Shown piece after piece: positions 61,360-64,000 of a stretch of DNA of 64,000 nucleotides. The notes beneath the pieces were generated by a model. The model worked only from the letters and a program-made list of their open reading frames with translations, made no database searches and had not been told where the DNA came from. The stretch is from Gemmatimonadales bacterium. Lineage in GTDB: Bacteria; Gemmatimonadota; Gemmatimonadetes; Gemmatimonadales; Gemmatimonadaceae. Every line of letters begins with the position of its first letter. Position 1 is the stretch's first letter. Position numbers and translations under genes: made by a program. The DNA is taken from positions 2,679 to 66,678 of the forward strand of contig JBBQDB010000001.1 in the NCBI GenBank assembly GCA_038319245.1, in the 5' to 3' direction.

Positions 61360-63338
61360 TGCGGATGGACACAGAGCGGGCGTCGTCGCAGCGTGTGGCC
61401 ATGGGTGTCGATGTCGGCGGCACCTTCACCGACCTCGCAGCGATTTCGGCAGACGGGGCGATCCACACGACAAAAGTGTTGAGCATCGCCAACGACCGCG
61501 CGCGTGGCGTCGTTGCTGCCGTCGAGGCGTCGGGCATTGCTGGACGCGACGTAGCGTTCATTGCGCACGGCACCACTGTCGTCACCAACCTGCTCCTCGA
61601 ACGCACCGGTGCGCGCGTAGTGGCCTGTGTCACGAGCGGATTTACCGATCTGCTGGAATTGCGCCGGCAGGAACGCGCGGCGCTCTACGATCTCACCAAG
61701 CATCACCCCGACCCGTTAGTGCCGCGTGCCGACATCGTCCCAGTTCGGGAGCGCGTCGTCCCCGAGGGCATCGCGCTGGCGCTCGATGACAGCGCCATTG
61801 CGGAAGTGGTGCGTGCGGTCATCGAGCGGGCCCCCGACACCGTCGCAATCACGCTGCTGCACGCCTACGCGGAGCCTGCGCACGAACGGTCGTTGCAAGC
61901 GGCGTTGCGCACGGCCCTCGCTGAAGCCGGCAGCCGTTGCGACGTGATCTGTTCGCACGAGGTATTGCCGGAGATTCGAGAGTACGAACGTCTCGCCACC
62001 ACCGTCGCGGAAGCCTACGCGCGGCCGGCCGTGCGGCGCTATCTGGGTGACTTGCGCGCGCGACTGACTGAGCGAGATCTTCCGGCGCCCCGCGTCATGA
62101 CGTCGGCCGGTGGCACGCTCTCGGCGGATGATGCCGCGTTACACGCCGCGTCGCTGGCGCTCTCAGGGCCGGCCGGCGGCGTGACTGGTGCTGCGGCAAT
62201 CGCGCGCGCACTCGGGATTTCTGGCGCGCTCACGATCGACATCGGCGGCACGAGCGCGGACGTCGGGCTCATCGACGACGGCGAGCCACTCGTTGAACGT
62301 GGCGGTATGATCGCCGGCGTGCCGATTGCGTTGCCGCGCGTGCTGGTTGAGGCGGTCGCGGCGGGCGGCGGAAGCATTGGATGGTTAGACGCTGGCGGCG
62401 CATTGCGCGCTGGTCCCGAAAGCGCCGGCGCGTCGCCCGGCCCTGCGGCCTACGGACGCGGCGGCGTGCGCCCCACTGTCACCGACGCGCACGTCGTGCT
62501 CGGGCACGTCGCTGCCGGCTCGTGGAGTGGTGGCGTGACGATCAGCGCGGCACTCGCGCGGACGGCGATGCAACGGCTTGCTGAACCGCTTGGCGTGACG
62601 GTAGAACGCGCGTCCGAAGCGCTCATTCAAACCGCCGATGCGACGATGGCGCGCGCGCTGCGTCGCGTATCTGTGGAACGCGGCATCGATCCCCGCGGCG
62701 TCGCATTGATCGCGTTCGGCGGCGGTGGGCCATTGCATGCCTGCGGGCTCGCAGAGCGCTTAGGCATGACGCGCATCGTCATTCCGCCGCACGCTGGCGT
62801 GTTGAGCGCTGTGGGACTCGCATTGGCGCCCGAACGTCGCGAAGGAATTCTGAGCCTCGTCTCGCCCACGAGCGCGATCGATGCAGCATCGTTCGCGCAG
62901 CAGCTCTCGAACGAGGCGTTACGGTTGCGCGGATTTGACGGCGATGCACTGACGCCAAAGTGGTGGGCGCGGACGCGTTTCGTCGGACAGGGGTATGAAC
63001 TGGATGTACCGGTCACGCCCGGTGACGACGGCGCTGCAATCGCCGAGCGCTTTCTCGAGCGGCACCGCGTGCGCACTGGGTTCGTGCTCGATCGCGAGGT
63101 CGAATGCATCAGCGTGCGTACGGCGCTGCTCGGCGATGCGTGGCCCGTTGCGTTCGCACGCCCGGAGCGGGAGGGCGCGGTACCGGAGCCTGCGAACGAT
63201 GTCGACGATGGCGCCGCACTGTCGCGCACACTGCATGGCCCTGCCATCGTACGACTTCCTGACGCGACGCTGCGCGTGATGCGTGGTTGGACGGCGCACG
63301 CGCTCTCGATTGGTGGCTGGAGTATGGAGCGCGCATGA
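61359..63338 (+). CDS. Hydantoinase/oxoprolinase alpha-subunit (HyuA-like)
   Basis: GVDVGGTFTD, HGTTVVTN, EIREYER, LSGPAGG, DIGGTSAD, AGGGSI, GPESAGA.PGP, FGGGGPLHA. Confidence 0.92.
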   Translation: MRMDTERASSQRVAMGVDVGGTFTDLAAISADGAIHTTKVLSIANDRARGVVAAVEASGIAGRDVAFIAHGTTVVTNLLLERTGARVVACVTSGFTDLLELRRQERAALYDLTKHHPDPLVPRADIVPVRERVVPEGIALALDDSAIAEVVRAVIERAPDTVAITLLHAYAEPAHERSLQAALRTALAEAGSRCDVICSHEVLPEIREYERLATTVAEAYARPAVRRYLGDLRARLTERDLPAPRVMTSAGGTLSADDAALHAASLALSGPAGGVTGAAAIARALGISGALTIDIGGTSADVGLIDDGEPLVERGGMIAGVPIALPRVLVEAVAAGGGSIGWLDAGGALRAGPESAGASPGPAAYGRGGVRPTVTDAHVVLGHVAAGSWSGGVTISAALARTAMQRLAEPLGVTVERASEALIQTADATMARALRRVSVERGIDPRGVALIAFGGGGPLHACGLAERLGMTRIVIPPHAGVLSAVGLALAPERREGILSLVSPTSAIDAASFAQQLSNEALRLRGFDGDALTPKWWARTRFVGQGYELDVPVTPGDDGAAIAERFLERHRVRTGFVLDREVECISVRTALLGDAWPVAFARPEREGAVPEPANDVDDGAALSRTLHGPAIVRLPDATLRVMRGWTAHALSIGGWSMERA

Positions 63339-64000
63339 CGCGAGCGCGTACAACGCAACCACGCTCGAAGAAGCCGAGCACGACGGCGAAGGTGTCGGCG
63401 ATTGCGACGAGCCCGTCGCGCATCACAGGTCACGCGATCCCGCCGCTCTTGCCCGCCATGGGGCCGGTGCACGTGTTGATCGTTGGCGAAGCGCCGGGAC
63501 CTCGCGGTGCGGACAAAAGCGGCTACCCGTTTTTCGGCGATGCGGCGGGCAAACATCTCTATCATGCGCTGCGTGAAATGCAAGCGATCGTACTGCCGCC
63601 ACGCGTTGACGAACTGACGTGGGACGGCACGGCTTTCGCTAACGCGCAATTGCAGCCCATTGCACTCGGCGTTGCACTCGGCAACGCCTACGATCGGTGC
63701 CCTACCGATGACGGAATGTCGTTTCGTGCGCCGACGCGCGCTGAACTCGAGGGCGCACCGAACATCGAACGACTGATTCGCGAGATTCGCATCCTGACCG
63801 ATCGTGGGCTGCTCGGCATCGTCACGCTCGGTCGCGTTGCAGCGAAGACCGTCAACGTCGCGCTGGCTGCCGCGGAGGTTACCACACTCGTGCGTTGTTC
63901 GTTGCCACATCCATCTGCGCAGGGGTTGTTGTCGATGGCACCCGATCGTGGGCGTGGCGCGCGCATGGCCGACCTGCAGGCGGCGTGGCAAACGCGTTTG
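63335..64000 (+). CDS. Uracil-DNA glycosylase superfamily protein (runs off the window edge)
   Basis: Manual translation is open to the end: VLIVGEAPGPRGADKSGYPFFGDAAG, NAYDRCP, PTRAEL, IVTLGRVA, LPHPS. ATGA overlap with the hyuA-like stop. Absent from the ORF track because it has no stop in the window. Confidence 0.82.
   Translation, partial: MTRARTTQPRSKKPSTTAKVSAIATSPSRITGHAIPPLLPAMGPVHVLIVGEAPGPRGADKSGYPFFGDAAGKHLYHALREMQAIVLPPRVDELTWDGTAFANAQLQPIALGVALGNAYDRCPTDDGMSFRAPTRAELEGAPNIERLIREIRILTDRGLLGIVTLGRVAAKTVNVALAAAEVTTLVRCSLPHPSAQGLLSMAPDRGRGARMADLQAAWQTRL

Overview
High-GC bacterial chromosomal segment, most likely Gemmatimonadota (inferred from the Gemmatimonas-style Ser/Thr kinase-TPR genes, the SusC/SusD pair, the short SigA-type sigma factor and the general gene repertoire). 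It is mostly core and metabolic genes: an NtrY-like histidine kinase, a pseudokinase-kinase tandem protein, succinate-semialdehyde dehydrogenase, a diguanylate cyclase, actP, VKOR, menG/ubiE, an S9 peptidase, argG, SusC/SusD, comM, a CDF transporter, an NtrX-like regulator, lepB, a sigma-70 factor, yajQ and a rimO-hemL-spoIID-gfo-lnb-hyuA-UDG run. Two accessory-looking patches interrupt this: about 12.2-21.2 kb (decayed kinase-TPR genes and a Uma2 remnant) and about 34.4-44.2 kb (the Sus locus and a Phi-1/EXORDIUM-like gene). I found no rRNA, tRNA, CRISPR array, transposase or integrase. The most interesting signals are a JAK-like pseudokinase-kinase protein; three near-consensus sigma-54 promoters, two of them back-to-back; a recurrent TANNNT-N5/6-ATG leaderless signature at nine genes; a 9-mer-periodic inverted-repeat element; a decayed duplicate of the comM 5' end; a roughly 480-nt leader before susC; and a divergent UDG-superfamily gene. 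All calls come from reading motifs by eye. No database searches were run, and no complete novel system can be claimed from the sequence alone.
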